Shown here: positions 1 through 13,349 of the stretch, piece after piece
Numbering within the stretch: position 1 is the stretch's first letter
Layout of the letters: the number at the start of each line of letters is the position of its first letter
Assembly: GCA_964016885.1 (NCBI GenBank)
Contig: OZ024746.1
Coordinates: 80,414,001-80,478,000 of the forward strand
Direction of reading: 5' to 3'
Source of the DNA: Eledone cirrhosa
Taxonomy: Eukaryota
Length of the DNA: 64,000 nucleotides
Made by a program: the position numbers and the translations under genes
Notes under the pieces: model-generated
Told to the model about the DNA's origin: nothing
Seen by the model: the letters and a program-made list of their open reading frames with translations, nothing else
Database searches by the model: none

Positions 1-98
1 GCTCAAGCCGTTTCAACGGCTATTTCTGGACTAAAAAAAAAGTCCAGAAATAGCCGTCGAAACGGCTTGAGCTCTGCCGTCGGAGTCATACTTTTTCC
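1..98. mobile_element. Fold-back copy of short repeat family A (putative Penelope-like terminal-repeat fragment), cut by the window edge
   Basis: Arms 1-32 and 41-72 are reverse complements with one mismatch around an A8 loop. Same sequence family as 14205, 16350, 23671, 33309 and 47732. Followed by (TA)n. Confidence 0.7.
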
Positions 99-107
99 TA
101 TATATAC

Positions 108-209
<102 letters not shown>

Positions 210-688
210 TGCTTATATCGCCATGCCCCTAGTAGCTGCTACTGTTGGTGTCCGGTTGACTAATTAGTAGTCAGCTTAATTCTAACACGTCGAATACCAG
301 TATCAACTTGAAGTTTTAATAGTGAGGTCAATATTTTGGGGATTTCTGTTATGGACTCGCTTGGGGGATTTCTCTCATGGACTCGCTTAGTCCAGGATTT
401 GACGGCTACTGGTTAATAATTAATCGATGGTTATCAGATTTCCTCCATAGCCCGAACAGGTTCCGTTACAGCCATTCAAAGAATAGATGTACTCTACCAG
501 CTTTCTGTGTTAAACGATGAAGATACTGATTCTATGTTAAGCTTTTGAATCATTGATTTTTCTTCGCTTTCCTGTAAGGGCCCCTACTTGGGAATATTGC
601 CTTACAACAATTTAAGTTATATGTTTGCTCTGGAATGTTTCATTGTGCTTGTTGTACGCATCGGGATTTTACACGACCCACCTCTCGC

Positions 689-727
<39 letters not shown>

Positions 728-814
728 GTAAAAGGTAAACAGAAATAACAACACAATCGGTACAGTATATGGAATGGATGTATTAGGTTAAGGCATGATA
801 TAGCAGGAAGAGGA

Positions 815-854
815 TCTTAACGTTTCGGACGCTAGTCCTTGATTGATCAGAAGA
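815..854 (-). ncRNA. Degenerate minimal type I hammerhead-like motif
   Basis: Minus strand reads TCTT-CTGATCAATCAA-GGAC tagc GTCC-GAAACGTT-AAGA. Stem I (TCTT/AAGA), stem II (GGAC/GTCC) and the ACGT palindrome are present; the CUGAUGA core is damaged. Confidence 0.45.
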
Positions 855-967
855 AAGAATGAGAAATAAGATAGATTGAGGGGACGGGTGGGTTGGAATT
901 GGAAAAAAATGTCTTTAGATAAAAATAACAGGTCCATTCATGTTGACATCTCTTATCTCTCTCTCTG

Positions 968-1049
<82 letters not shown>

Positions 1050-1064
1050 ATATATATATATATG

Positions 1065-1164
1065 ATAAAATGGGGAGAAAAATACTGCTGGTAGCACATG
1101 GATAACATGTAATAAAATAAGTCCCTCATCAGTGATTTGCCGACGATCATAGATATTTCATTGC

Positions 1165-1168
<4 letters not shown>
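1065..1168. repeat. Dispersed ~100-bp repeat between (TA)n tracts (second copy 14742-14846)
   Basis: AAAATGGGGAGAA..AATACTGC..GCACATGGATAACATG..GTCCCTCATCAGTGATTTGCC..GATATTTCATTGCATTA occurs at both loci. Confidence 0.75.
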
Positions 1169-1237
<69 letters not shown>

Positions 1238-1439
1238 GTAGAACACTGGGATGTTATAACCGTAGTAGTAGAGCACTCTGTCTATGGGATGAGTTCGGTA
1301 GAAGTTAGTTCCACAACTGTTAATAAACGATTTTGAAGGACACGAAATATTAAAGGGATGTGAGAATCGAAACTGAGTCGTATTAATCCATGGCTGGGCC
1401 CTAGGCTTTCGTGTATTTCGAAGCCCCTCTATCACTCTA

Positions 1440-1740
1440 ATTTTTCACTCCGCTGGAGCATAAAAAAACTGTGAGAGTCTGTAAGTTCGTAGATGACAGG
1501 TGTGGAGAGGTGGAGGTTTTCAGTAGAAACAAAGATGTCTGAGAAGGAAGACAATGGGAGTATTAGAGATGTTCCAGTGCGGAGTGGAAATTGTTGATGA
1601 AGGATATAAGGAGTATGAATTGCTCTGATGAGGGTGAAGTGTCACTGATTACGTCATCAATGTAGTGGCCGTATAGCTGAGAAGTCGGCTCACTGAACTG
1701 GATGGAAATTTTAGTTTCAATGTGAACAACGAACAATTTT
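1440..1740 (-). mobile_element. Penelope-like element reverse transcriptase fragment (frameshifted, inactive)
   Basis: Minus-strand translation LFVVHIETKI..LYGHYIDDVIS..FINNFHSAL, then after a frameshift SFSDIFVSTENLHLSTPVIYELTDSHS. This matches the PLE RT pattern YxRYIDD..F.N.FHP.L..SFLD..T.V.YKPTDSH. Confidence 0.85.
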
Positions 1741-1957
1741 TTTGTTTTTTTGTAAATCAAAAGATTTTATTGATTCAAAATTTTCTTCATAGTTGTATAT
1801 ATTTACAAACAGGAAGAGAGGAAAAAGAAGAATAAAGAGGATAAAAAAAATAAGGACCTGGTGAGATACTCTCCTGAATTTGCAGAGAAAACGACAATCC
1901 GGGGACCGCGGACACCAGAGATCACGACGGCAGGCAGCAACAAATTAACAATATATA

Positions 1958-1959
1958 TC

Positions 1960-2028
<69 letters not shown>

Positions 2029-2109
2029 GTCAGACTGACAGACAGACAGACAAATAGATGGACAGATGGACAGACAGACAGACAGACAGACAGATAGACA
2101 GACAGACAC

Positions 2110-2142
<33 letters not shown>

Positions 2143-2290
2143 AGACAGACTGACAGACAGACAGACAGTCAGACTGACATACAGACAGACAAATAGATGG
2201 ACAGATGGACAGACAGACAGGCAGACAGCCGGTCAGACAGACAGACAGACAGACAGACGGTCAGACAGACAGTCAGACAGACAGACAGAT
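1958..2290. repeat. (CAGA)n microsatellite with an internal higher-order duplication
   Basis: Direct reading. The variant GTCAGACTGACA..CAAATAGATGGACAGATGG occurs twice. Confidence 0.95.
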
Positions 2291-2649
2291 AAGTATGTCT
2301 TCTCAGAGCAACTTAATACATATACATTTCTTTCTGTTTTCTTTTATGGTCGAAAAGAAAAAAATGTCAGACAGATAGTTAAACAGACGACATACACTTG
2401 ATACTTACATTTGCATCAGTGAACCCAGTGAGCGACATTATTATCAGTTGCCCCCACCCCCACTCACTTCCTGTTTAAAAAAAAAAAGAAAGAAGGAAAG
2501 ACGTAGGAGAAGAAGGTGATGAAGGGAAGACATAGAATGTCCCGTCGCCCTCGCCACCGCCACTGCCAACAACATAAACTATTCTCGTTATTTAGCTTAT
2601 TATTCCAGATAAGATGACCACCCACATTTTATGTGAGAAATTAATCAGT

Positions 2650-3300
2650 GTGGTTGATTGGTTGGCTGGTTGGTTGGTTGGTTGGTTTCTTGGCTGGCTG
2701 GTTGGCTGGCTGGTGGCTGGTTGATTGGTTTCTTGGCTGGCTGATTAGCTGGCTCGCTGGCTGATTGGCTGGCTGATTAGTTGATTAGTTGGTTGGCTGG
2801 TTGGTTAGTTAGTTGGTTGGTTGATTGGTTGGCTGGCTGGTTGGTTGGTTAGTTGGTTGGCTGGATGGTTGGTTACCTGGTCAGTTGGTTGGTTGATTGG
2901 TTGGCTGGTTGGTTGGTTGGTTGGTTGGTTGGTTGGTTGGTTGGTTGGTTGGTTGGTTGGTTGGTTGGTTGGTTGGCTGGATGGTTGGTTACCTGGTTAG
3001 TTGGTTGATTGGTTGGTTGGCTGGCTGGCTGGCTGGTTAGTTAGTTGGTTGGTTGGCTGGATGGTTGGTAACCTGGTTAGCTGGTTGGTTGATTGGTTGG
3101 GTGGTGGTTGGTTGGCTGCTTGGTTGATTGGCTAGCTGGTTGGCTGGTTGGTTAGTTGGCTGATTTGCTGGTTGGTTGATTGGTTGGTTGGTTGATTAAT
3201 TGGTTGGTTAGTTAGATAGTTGGCTGTTTGATTGGTTGGCTCGTTGGTTTTGGACTGGCTGGCTGGTTGGCTGGTTGGCTGGTTGGCTGGGTGGTTGGCT
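2650..3300. repeat. Degenerate (GGTT/GGCT)n tetranucleotide array
   Basis: Direct reading. Confidence 0.95.
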
Positions 3301-3564
3301 GGATTTTTATCATTGATTGGCATATTGGTTGGTGTGTAACGATTGGTAGTCGGCCACTTGGCATATTGAAATATTGGCTTCAGGCTGGAGCATGGAACGG
3401 GGGACACGGGGGGGGGGGGTGATGTGGAGGTGATAGATGTGAGGTGGAATTTTGCCAGATTGGGTGATGTTTTAGATTCGATTGATGAGGTGGGAGTTAT
3501 GGTAATCGAAGGTAAATAAGATGGTAGAAACTGAAGAAAGGAAGAAGAGGTTAAGGAGAAGGCG

Positions 3565-3768
3565 ACGGTGACGGCGGCGGTGGTGGTGGTAGTGGTGGTG
3601 GTGACGGCGGTGGTCGTGGTGGTAGTGGTGGTGGTGACGGCGGTGGTGGTGGTGGTAGTGGTGGTGGTGGTGGTGACGGCAGTGGTGGTGGTGATGGCAG
3701 TGGTGTTGGTGGTGGTGGTGGTGGTGGTGGTGGTGGTGGTGGTGGTGGTGACGGCAGTGGTGGTGGTA

Positions 3769-3808
<40 letters not shown>
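3565..3808. repeat. (GGT)n array with GAC/GGC variants, followed by (GT)n
   Basis: Direct reading. Confidence 0.95.
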
Positions 3809-3812
<4 letters not shown>

Positions 3813-4456
3813 CTAACTATCTGTCTGCCAATCTGTCTATTCATTTGTTTATCAATGTATCAATCTAACTCTTCTCTCTCTCACCTCCCTCCTCACCCTC
3901 CCTCTATCTATCTCTCGCTCTCTCTTTTCTCGAAAACATATTATTTGAAAGGCAAGCAGACGATAAAGACAGAGAAGTAAATAAAAATTAAAATAAAATC
4001 AATGAAACAAATAAACAAAATGGAGAGAATGGCTAAAGAAATACAACACCAAACTAGAATCTCTACAAACGACCAAATTGTGGAAATATTCGTGGCTGGG
4101 GGAGTGCCAAGACTCTTGTCATCCCTGCCCAATAGACCCCATTTTTTAACATGACACTTCTTGACACCAACACAAAGCAACCACGTTTGCTTTCCTGAAA
4201 ATATAAACAGTCGTAAATTAACCAATGGATGACCGCCAATATGGTCTCCCGGCTTGCTAGAACTAGTAACTAAATTGCCTCCAAATTTTAAGAAAAAAGA
4301 GGAAGGTCATGTTGGTTATACATGAAAAAAGACAGGATGGTCGCCGCTGGACTGCTTTTGAAAACAAACGGTTGTAAACATAACTAAAAATTGAAACATT
4401 ATCATCATCGTTACCGTAATCGTCAACGCTATCGTTTGCAGCTGCTGCTGCTGCTT

Positions 4457-4521
<65 letters not shown>

Positions 4522-5846
4522 GAGAAGTGAGGCACAGTAAATGGGTGTATCCGAGTGTGCCAGACGGAAGTGATACGCAACTCTTACTTCATCAGATTTA
4601 TCATTAAAAGTATTAGAGCCATGACTAATACTCCTTTATAGAACTATATTATGCATCGGCATGATGAGATTTGGCTGCTATTTCTAGCAGAGCGAGTATC
4701 TCTGCAGAGCAAGCGGGCGAATTTTTTTTTTTTTTTTTTTTTTTGCATTACTCAAAAAAGAAACCCCTCAGACATCGAAAGGAACACTAGTGAGAACGCG
4801 AGAGCAAATGTATGTTGTTTAGTCCTATATATATTCTAATAGGTGACATATAGCTAAATAGCATCGCCTTTCTTTTTGAAACAGTGTATCAGAGACAAAA
4901 TTGTTAAATATTGAAGACAGGTTCCATTCAAAAAGCGCTTTCTTTGTTATATATATTGTTAACACACCACCTACACTGTGATTGGAGAGAATAACAATGT
5001 TATTTTTAGAATAAACTTCCACTTTTAGAATAAACATCCACTTCCAATCTTAGAATTTCAAAATGGCTTCTCATTGGATGAGGAAGTATTTTAAAGAATA
5101 TATTTAAAATCAAACCTATTAATTATATCTAATTATTTAAATCTAAATACTGACAATTATATAGATTGTTTCAGTTCATACTTAATTAAATTTATAGTTT
5201 AATACGAAAATCGGTAAAAATAACCTATTATTTTTTTTCATAAAATATACAATCAAAGAATCGCATTTTTAATTATAGAAGAACAGGAAGATTTCAATGG
5301 TATTTTAATTATTTATATAATAAATGAAACATATACATATAAATATAATTTCTGTGAAAGGTAAAGTAGTGCCTTGAAATGAGTAAGCAAGGAATAATAA
5401 TAATTTTTTTTTTACTTTGTACTATTGTAATTTTATCTAAAAAGAACTTGTACATAATTCATGACTTATTTCCCCATATGAAATGCCCTGTGTGATCTTG
5501 TGAATTATCCAACACATTCTCGGGTGTGCGCACAGCTTCCGTAGGAAGTTTCTGATTTTTATTCATAATAACATACCAAGAAACATTTACAAACTTTCTA
5601 AATGGTTTAAAATGTAAAAAAAAAAACTATCTTTATACTCTGAATATGCGTGATATTGGTTCTATATAATTACTTCCTTTATTATTTTTTACTATATTAC
5701 ATATGAAGTCAGTAGTTTCGAATAAAATATTTATTACACTCTAAAGATTTTACACGTCATATAAAATAAAATATAGTTTTGCTCTCATGGAGATGAAGTT
5801 ACATAAAATTCAATGCATATACAAACATACACACACACGCACACAC

Positions 5847-5981
<135 letters not shown>

Positions 5982-5995
5982 CATATATATATATA

Positions 5996-6461
5996 TCAAG
6001 GAAGCCTGCGCAGTGCACTCTACATGCAAATGGAGTTCCACTGAAGCAGGTGGAGATGTTCAAATATCTTGGGGCCGTGTTCACGAGTGATGGAATACAG
6101 CGGGCTGAATTAAGTACAAGAATAGTATGAGCTGATGCAGTAATGCGCCAGCTCATCAGAAGAATACGATCACGAATACAAGCAGCCGAAATGAGGTTCC
6201 TCCGAAGGGTCTTTGGAAAGTCACTCCAGGTAGAGCCACAAATTCTCCGAATTGAGAGAGCCCAGCTCCGATGCTATGGGCATGTGGTTAGAATGTCTCA
6301 AGAAATAATCGCTGGACAGATTGTACGGGCAAAACCAACCGGCAGGAGACCCGGAGTAGACCCCGAACAAGATGGTTGAATAACATCCATGAGGTTGGCT
6401 AGTCTTGGGGATCCAGCCGGATCGGTTGGAGACGGTTGCTTCTGACAGGATCCACTGGAAG
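5996..6461 (+). mobile_element. RTE-clade LINE 3' fragment, internally deleted
   Basis: Translations RKPAQCTLHANGVPLKQVEMFKYLGAVFTSDG and RIRSRIQAAEMRFLRRV..LRIERAQLRCYGHVVRM..PTGRRP are typical of the post-RT region of RTE (Expander-like) elements. Confidence 0.9.
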
Positions 6462-6469
6462 TTTAGGGA

Positions 6470-7375
6470 TTCTTTTGGAAATTCTTGATGGAATTATTAT
6501 GAAAGTTTGTGAAAAGGTTTGATGGAACATTTTATAAAATACTTGGTAAAAACTATGTGGAAAAGGTTTGCCGAAAAAAATATTAATGAATATTTTGGGT
6601 AAAATTTAATATGAAATATTTGGTGAAAAAATTTTAATGAATTTTGTTTTAAAAACTAAGATATTATCTATGATGATATGGAATATCAGTGAAGTTTTTC
6701 ATGAAATTTCGGGGAAAATGTTTGATGAAATTGTTGATGAAATTTTAAATGAATTTTTAAAACAATTTTTTCGAAATTTTTAATAAAAAGTTTTAGGAAA
6801 ATTTTGATGATATTATTAAAGGAATTTTTTGTTGAAATTTTCTCCAAAATGTTTGCGGGATGTTTTTAGTAAATTTTCAATGGAATTTTTCGTTAAACCT
6901 TTATGAAATAATTGATGAAAATTTCTACGAAACTTGTAAACATTTTTAAAGAAATTTTTCGTAAAACATTTGAAGTAAATTGTTTGGAGAAAATTTATGA
7001 AATTTTATGAAGATTTTGTGGAGATGTTTGGTAACATTTTTCATATCATTTTGAAAAAATATTGAGGAAATTGTTGAGGAAATTTTGAACATAAAAAAGA
7101 AAGTTTAAGGATTTTTCATATGAAACTTTGGGGAAATTTTTTGATGAAATTTTAAAAGGAATTTTTGATAAAAATTTCATAATTTTGGGTAAAATTTTCG
7201 AGAAGTTATTTGATGAAAATGTTTCATGGAACTTTGGCGAAAATGTTTTATAAAATTTTCCGTAAAACTTTTATTATGTATTTTTATATGAAATTTTTGG
7301 GGAAATATTTTTAGATAATTTTTTAGAAAAGTTTTTAATGGAATATTTGCAGATTTGTTTGATGAAATTTGAACT
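6470..7375. repeat. Degenerate AT-rich minisatellite (TTTGATGAAATTTT-like units of ~20-25 bp)
   Basis: GATGAAATTTT and GGAAAATTTT motifs recur across ~900 bp. Confidence 0.75.
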
Positions 7376-7429
7376 TATTAGGCAAAAACAGAAATGAATA
7401 CCGTGAAGTATTCTATCCGCTCGGCTTAT

Positions 7430-7577
7430 TCAACATATTCATATACCCACCTCGAGAAATTGTACGGCAAAGTAAAGTTGACATCGGCGGGGCTTGAACT
7501 CAGAACGCTGATAACCGGAACGAATGCCGTAAAGCAGTCTATCCGGCATTCTAACGACTCTGCTAATTTACTCGCCT
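7430..7577 (-). mobile_element. Old, diverged copy of the tRNA-headed SINE
   Basis: AAAGTTGACATCGGCGGGGCTTGAACTCAGAACG..CTAACGACTCTGCTAATTTACTCGCCT is the reverse complement of the SINE head with its B box. Confidence 0.7.
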
Positions 7578-7918
7578 TTATATCAGCCGTAAAGAATGTT
7601 AAATGTAACAAGTGAAAAGAAACAATTTAAGACGATTGTGTTAACAGTGTGGGGAATTCCTTCTGGTGTCTTTTAGACAAATGATTTCACTTTACGTTTA
7701 TGGCTGACGAACGTTTCAGTTGGAAACTATTTGCGATCCAGTCATTCCATTGAAATACAAGAGTATCGAATTGACATACTGTGGGTGGGGTATGGAATTG
7801 ACACAGTGGGTGGGGCATCGTATTGACAATCTGGGTGGAGTAAGGGATTCTTAACACTTCCGTTTAATATACATTTTTTTTTCTGGGAGCTTATAGTTCC
7901 GGACTGGGTTTTGCTGTA

Positions 7919-8170
7919 GTTCTTCTTCTTCTTCTTCTTCTTCTTCTTCTTCTTCTTCTTCTTCTTCTTCTTCTTCTTCTTCTTCTTCTTCTTCTTCTTC
8001 TTCTTCTTCTTCTTCTTCTTCTTCTTCCGCCCCTTTTTCTTCGTCGCCTCCTTTTTCAATGTCTTGTTCTTTCTCTCCTCCTCCTCCTCCTCCTCCTCCT
8101 CCTCCTCCTCCTCATTCTTCCTCCTCATTCTTCTCCTCATCCCTCTCTTCTCCCTCCTCCTCCTCCTCTT
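7919..8170. repeat. (TTC)n and (TCC)n microsatellites
   Basis: Direct reading. Confidence 0.95.
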
Positions 8171-8469
8171 CTTTTTCGTCTATCTGTCCCTCTCAATCAC
8201 GCACAAGGCCGACTTCAATCTTTTTCTCTCAGCCTAAATCACCCCACTCCGCCCTACATCAACCTACACCACTCCGCCCTACACCAGGCTACGCCACTCC
8301 GCCCTACACCAACCTACACCACACCACCCTGCCCAACCCTGCACTGAACTGCTTTCTCATTGCTCCATTGGAATGTCTCACATCAAAAACAGAATTCCGA
8401 GACAGCACTCATCTTACCATAGATAGCATATTTCTACCCTCACGCCGCCGACTAGATAATAGTCATATA

Positions 8470-8852
8470 CGCCACCACCTCTATCACCAACAACAACAAC
8501 AACAATAACAACAGTACCACCAACAGCGCCACCACCACCACCAGTATTTCTACCAACAGCACCGCCGCTATCACTAACGCTACTATCACTATCACCATCA
8601 CCACCATTACCATCAACACCACCGTCGCCACTACCACTATCGCTTAAATCAACATAACCATCAGTACAAAACCATCACCACCGCCGCCGCCAACGACAAC
8701 AACAACAACAAGACTACCACCAACAGCAGCACCACCGACAACAACAACAACACTACCCCAACAGCAGCAACACCACCACCACCGACAACACTACCACCAA
8801 CACCACCACCAACAACAACAACAACAACAACAACAACAACTCTACCACCAAC

Positions 8853-8884
<32 letters not shown>

Positions 8885-9026
8885 CAACTCTACCACCAAA
8901 ACCACCACCAACAGCAACAACAACAACAACAACAACAAATCTACCACCACCACCACCAACAACAACAACAACTCTACCACCAACACCACCACCAACAGCA
9001 ACAACAACAACAACAACAACAAATCT

Positions 9027-9058
<32 letters not shown>

Positions 9059-9071
9059 CACTACCACCAAC

Positions 9072-9103
<32 letters not shown>

Positions 9104-9119
9104 CCCTACCACCAACACC

Positions 9120-9151
<32 letters not shown>

Positions 9152-9243
9152 CAACAACCCCTACCACCACCACCACCAACAACAACAACCCTACCACCAC
9201 CAACAACAACAACAACAACAACAACAACACTACCACCAACACC

Positions 9244-9275
<32 letters not shown>

Positions 9276-9300
9276 CAACACTACCACCAACACCACCACC

Positions 9301-9332
<32 letters not shown>

Positions 9333-9357
9333 CCCTACCACCAACACCACCACCACC

Positions 9358-9391
<34 letters not shown>

Positions 9392-9411
9392 CTACCACCA
9401 ACACCACCACC

Positions 9412-9443
<32 letters not shown>

Positions 9444-9510
9444 CAACAACACTACCACCAACACCACCACCACCAACAACAACAACAACAACAACAACCC
9501 TACCACCAAC

Positions 9511-9542
<32 letters not shown>

Positions 9543-9567
9543 CAACAACACTACCACCAACACCACC

Positions 9568-9599
<32 letters not shown>

Positions 9600-9618
9600 C
9601 ACTACCACCAACACCACC

Positions 9619-9650
<32 letters not shown>

Positions 9651-9675
9651 CAACACTACCACCAACACCACCACC

Positions 9676-9707
<32 letters not shown>

Positions 9708-9723
9708 CACTACCACCAACACC

Positions 9724-9755
<32 letters not shown>

Positions 9756-9864
9756 CAACAACACTACCACCAACACCACCACCACCAACAACAACAACAA
9801 CAACAACCCTACCACCAACACCACCAACAACAACAACAACAACAACACTACCACCAACACCACC

Positions 9865-9896
<32 letters not shown>

Positions 9897-9912
9897 CAAC
9901 ACTACCACCAAC

Positions 9913-9944
<32 letters not shown>

Positions 9945-9960
9945 CACTACCACCAACACC

Positions 9961-9992
<32 letters not shown>

Positions 9993-10013
9993 CACTACCC
10001 CCACACCACCACC

Positions 10014-10045
<32 letters not shown>

Positions 10046-10061
10046 CAACACTACCACCAAC

Positions 10062-10092
<31 letters not shown>

Positions 10093-10106
10093 CTACCACC
10101 AACACC

Positions 10107-10137
<31 letters not shown>

Positions 10138-10148
10138 CTACCACCAAC

Positions 10149-10180
<32 letters not shown>

Positions 10181-10283
10181 CAACACTACCACCAACAGCA
10201 CCACCACCACCAACAACAACAACAACAACACTACCACCAACACCACCACCACCAACAACAACAACAACACTACCACCAACACC

Positions 10284-10315
<32 letters not shown>

Positions 10316-10415
10316 CACTACCACCAACACCACCACCACCAACAACAACAACAACACTACCACCAACACCACCACCACCACCACCACCAACAACAACAAC
10401 ACTACCACCAACAGC

Positions 10416-10446
<31 letters not shown>

Positions 10447-10628
10447 CTACCACCAACACCACCACCACCAACAACAACAACAACACTACCACCAACACCA
10501 CCACCACCAACAACAACAGCAACAACAACAACACTACCACCAACAGCACCACCACCACCAACAACAACAACAACAACAACACTACCACCAACATCACCAC
10601 CACCAACAACAACAACACTACCACCAAC

Positions 10629-10660
<32 letters not shown>

Positions 10661-10673
10661 CACTACCACCAAC

Positions 10674-10704
<31 letters not shown>

Positions 10705-12388
10705 CTACCACCAACACCACCACCACCACCACCACCACCAACAACAACAACACTACCACCAACAGCACCGTCGCGGCCTCCATTGCTACAATCACCAACA
10801 CCACCATTACCATCAACACCACCGCCGCCACTACCACAACCACTATCGCCAAAACCAACCAAATCATCATCAAAACCACCAGCATAAAACACCCCACCAC
10901 CACCACCGTCGCCGCCACCAACACCACCACCACCGTCGCCGCCACCAACACCACCACCACCGTCGCCGCCACCAACACCACCACCACCGTCGCCGCCACC
11001 AACACCACCACCACCGTCGCCACCACCAACACCACCACCGCCGCCGCCGCCACCAACACCAGCACCACCGTCGCCGCCACCAACACCACCACCGCCGCCG
11101 CCGCCACCAACACCACCACCACCGTCGCCACCACCAACACCGACGCGGCCGCCACCAACACCACCACCGCCGCCGCCGCCACCAACACCACCACCGCCGC
11201 CGCCGCCGCCACCAACACCACCACCACCGTCGCCGCCACCAACACCACCACCGTCGCCACCACCAACACCACCACCACCGTCGCCACCACCGCCGCCGCC
11301 GCCAACACCACCACCACCACCGTCGCCGCCACCAACACCACCACCACCGTCGCCACCACCAACACCACCACCGCCGCCGCCGCCACCAACACCACCACCG
11401 CCGCCGCCGCCACCAACACCGCCGCCGCCGCCACCAACACCACCATGGCCGCCGCCGCCACCAACACCGCCACCACCGTCGCCACCACCAACACCACCGT
11501 CGCCACCACCAACACCACCACCGCCGCCACCAACACCACCACCGCCGCCGCCGCCACCAACACCACCACCGCCGCCGCCGCCGCCGCCACCAACACCACC
11601 ATGGCCGCCGCCACCACCGTCGCCACCACCAACACCGCCGCCGCCGCCACCAACACCACCATGGCCGCCGCCGCCACCACCGTCGCCACCACCAACACCA
11701 CCGTCGCCACCACCAACACCACCACCGCCGCCACCAACACCACCGCCGCCGCCGCCACCAACACCGCCACCACCGTCGCCACCACCAACACCACCGTCTC
11801 CACCACCAACACCGCCGCCGCCGCCACCAACACCACCACCGCCGCCACCACCAACACCGCCACCGCCGCCACCAACACCACCACCGCCGCCGCCGCCACC
11901 AACACCACCACCGCCGCCGCCGCCGCCACCAACACCACCACCACCGTCGCCGCCACCAACACCACCACCGTCGCCACCACCAACACCACCACCACCGTCG
12001 CCACCACCGCCGCCGCCGCCACCAACACCACCACCACCACCGTCGCCGCCACCAACACCACCACCACCGTCGCCACCACCAACACCACCACCGCCGCCGC
12101 CGCCACCAACACCACCACCGCCGCCGCCGCCACCAACACCGCCACCACCGTCGCCACCACCAACACCGCCGCCGCCGCCACCAACACCACCACCGCCGCC
12201 GCCGCCACCAACACCGCCACCACCGTCGCCACCACCAACACCACCGTCGCCACCACCAACACCACCACCGCCGCCACCAACACCACCGCCGCCGCCGCCG
12301 CCACCACCAACACCACCACCGCCGCCGCCGCCACCAACACCACCACCACCGTCGCCGCCACCAACACCACCACCGCCGCCGCCACCGT
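8470..12388. repeat. ~3.9-kb cryptic trinucleotide array: ACC/AAC block ~8690-10760, ACC/GCC/GTC block ~10890-12388
   Basis: Direct reading. Higher-order units are ACT-ACC-ACC-AAC-(ACC)n-(AAC)n and (ACC)n-GTC-GCC-GCC-ACC-AAC. Confidence 0.95.
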
Positions 12389-12389
12389 C

Positions 12390-12975
12390 GTGTATGTGTA
12401 TGTGTATGTACATATATATCTGAGACTTACATGTCTGTACCTACGTATGCGTATGTTGTATTTGAGCTTGTGTGTATGTGTATGTGCTTTTATGTGTATG
12501 TGTATGTGTGCGGCGCACATGCGTTGAAATTGTATGTGTAAGTATTTGATGTGTAATAACGTATATCTGCATGTGTGTGTGTAGGTATGTGTGTGTTTGT
12601 ATGTATGTGTGTATGAAGTTGCTTTTATGTGTTTGTGTGTGCGTGCATGTGTTTATGAGTGTGCTTTCATGTGTGTGTGTGTGTGTGTTTGTGCATGTGT
12701 GCGTGTTTGTGCATGTGTGTGTGTGTGTATGTATGTGTTTGAATGCATGCATGTATGTGTTTGTCTGCGTGTGTATATGCATGTGTGTTTGTATGAAGGC
12801 ATGTATGTATGCGTGCATATATGTGCTTGAATGTGTTTGTGTTTGTTTGAACAAACATATATATATATATATATATGCATATATGCGTGTGTGTGGGTGT
12901 GTGCGTGCGCGTGTGTGGGTGTGTGTGTGTGTGCGCGTGTGTGTGTGTCTGTGTGTGCGTGTATGTGTGTGTGTA

Positions 12976-13015
<40 letters not shown>
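12390..13015. repeat. Degenerate (TG)n/(TATG)n tract
   Basis: Direct reading. Confidence 0.9.
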
Positions 13016-13017
<2 letters not shown>

Positions 13018-13349
13018 CAACAAGGCGATAAGATGTCATACATAACTGTTTCAACGCTTCATCTTAAGCAACGCCGACCGCAGTGATATTTCATTGGTAT
13101 GTGTGTGATAACATATTTACACCACCCTTGTCTAAGGGCGGGACACTTGCTAACGTCACCCTAATCCGCTGTGAATTGGAGAAACAAGACACCATTAACA
13201 CTGCAAACACACATTTACACAAACACACATATGCGTTCACTCACTCATACATACATACATACATACATACAAACATACATACATACATACATACATACAT
13301 ACATACATACATACATGAATACTTACATACATACATATATACATACATA

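Noticed and set aside
8661-12413. 1250-aa Gly/Val-rich ORF and overlapping 841-aa and 360-aa ORFs as a structural protein gene
   Set aside because: The frames stay open because the triplet repeat lacks stops. Repeat phase shifts within the ORF, the start lies in a CA/TA microsatellite, and no signal peptide or splice context is visible.
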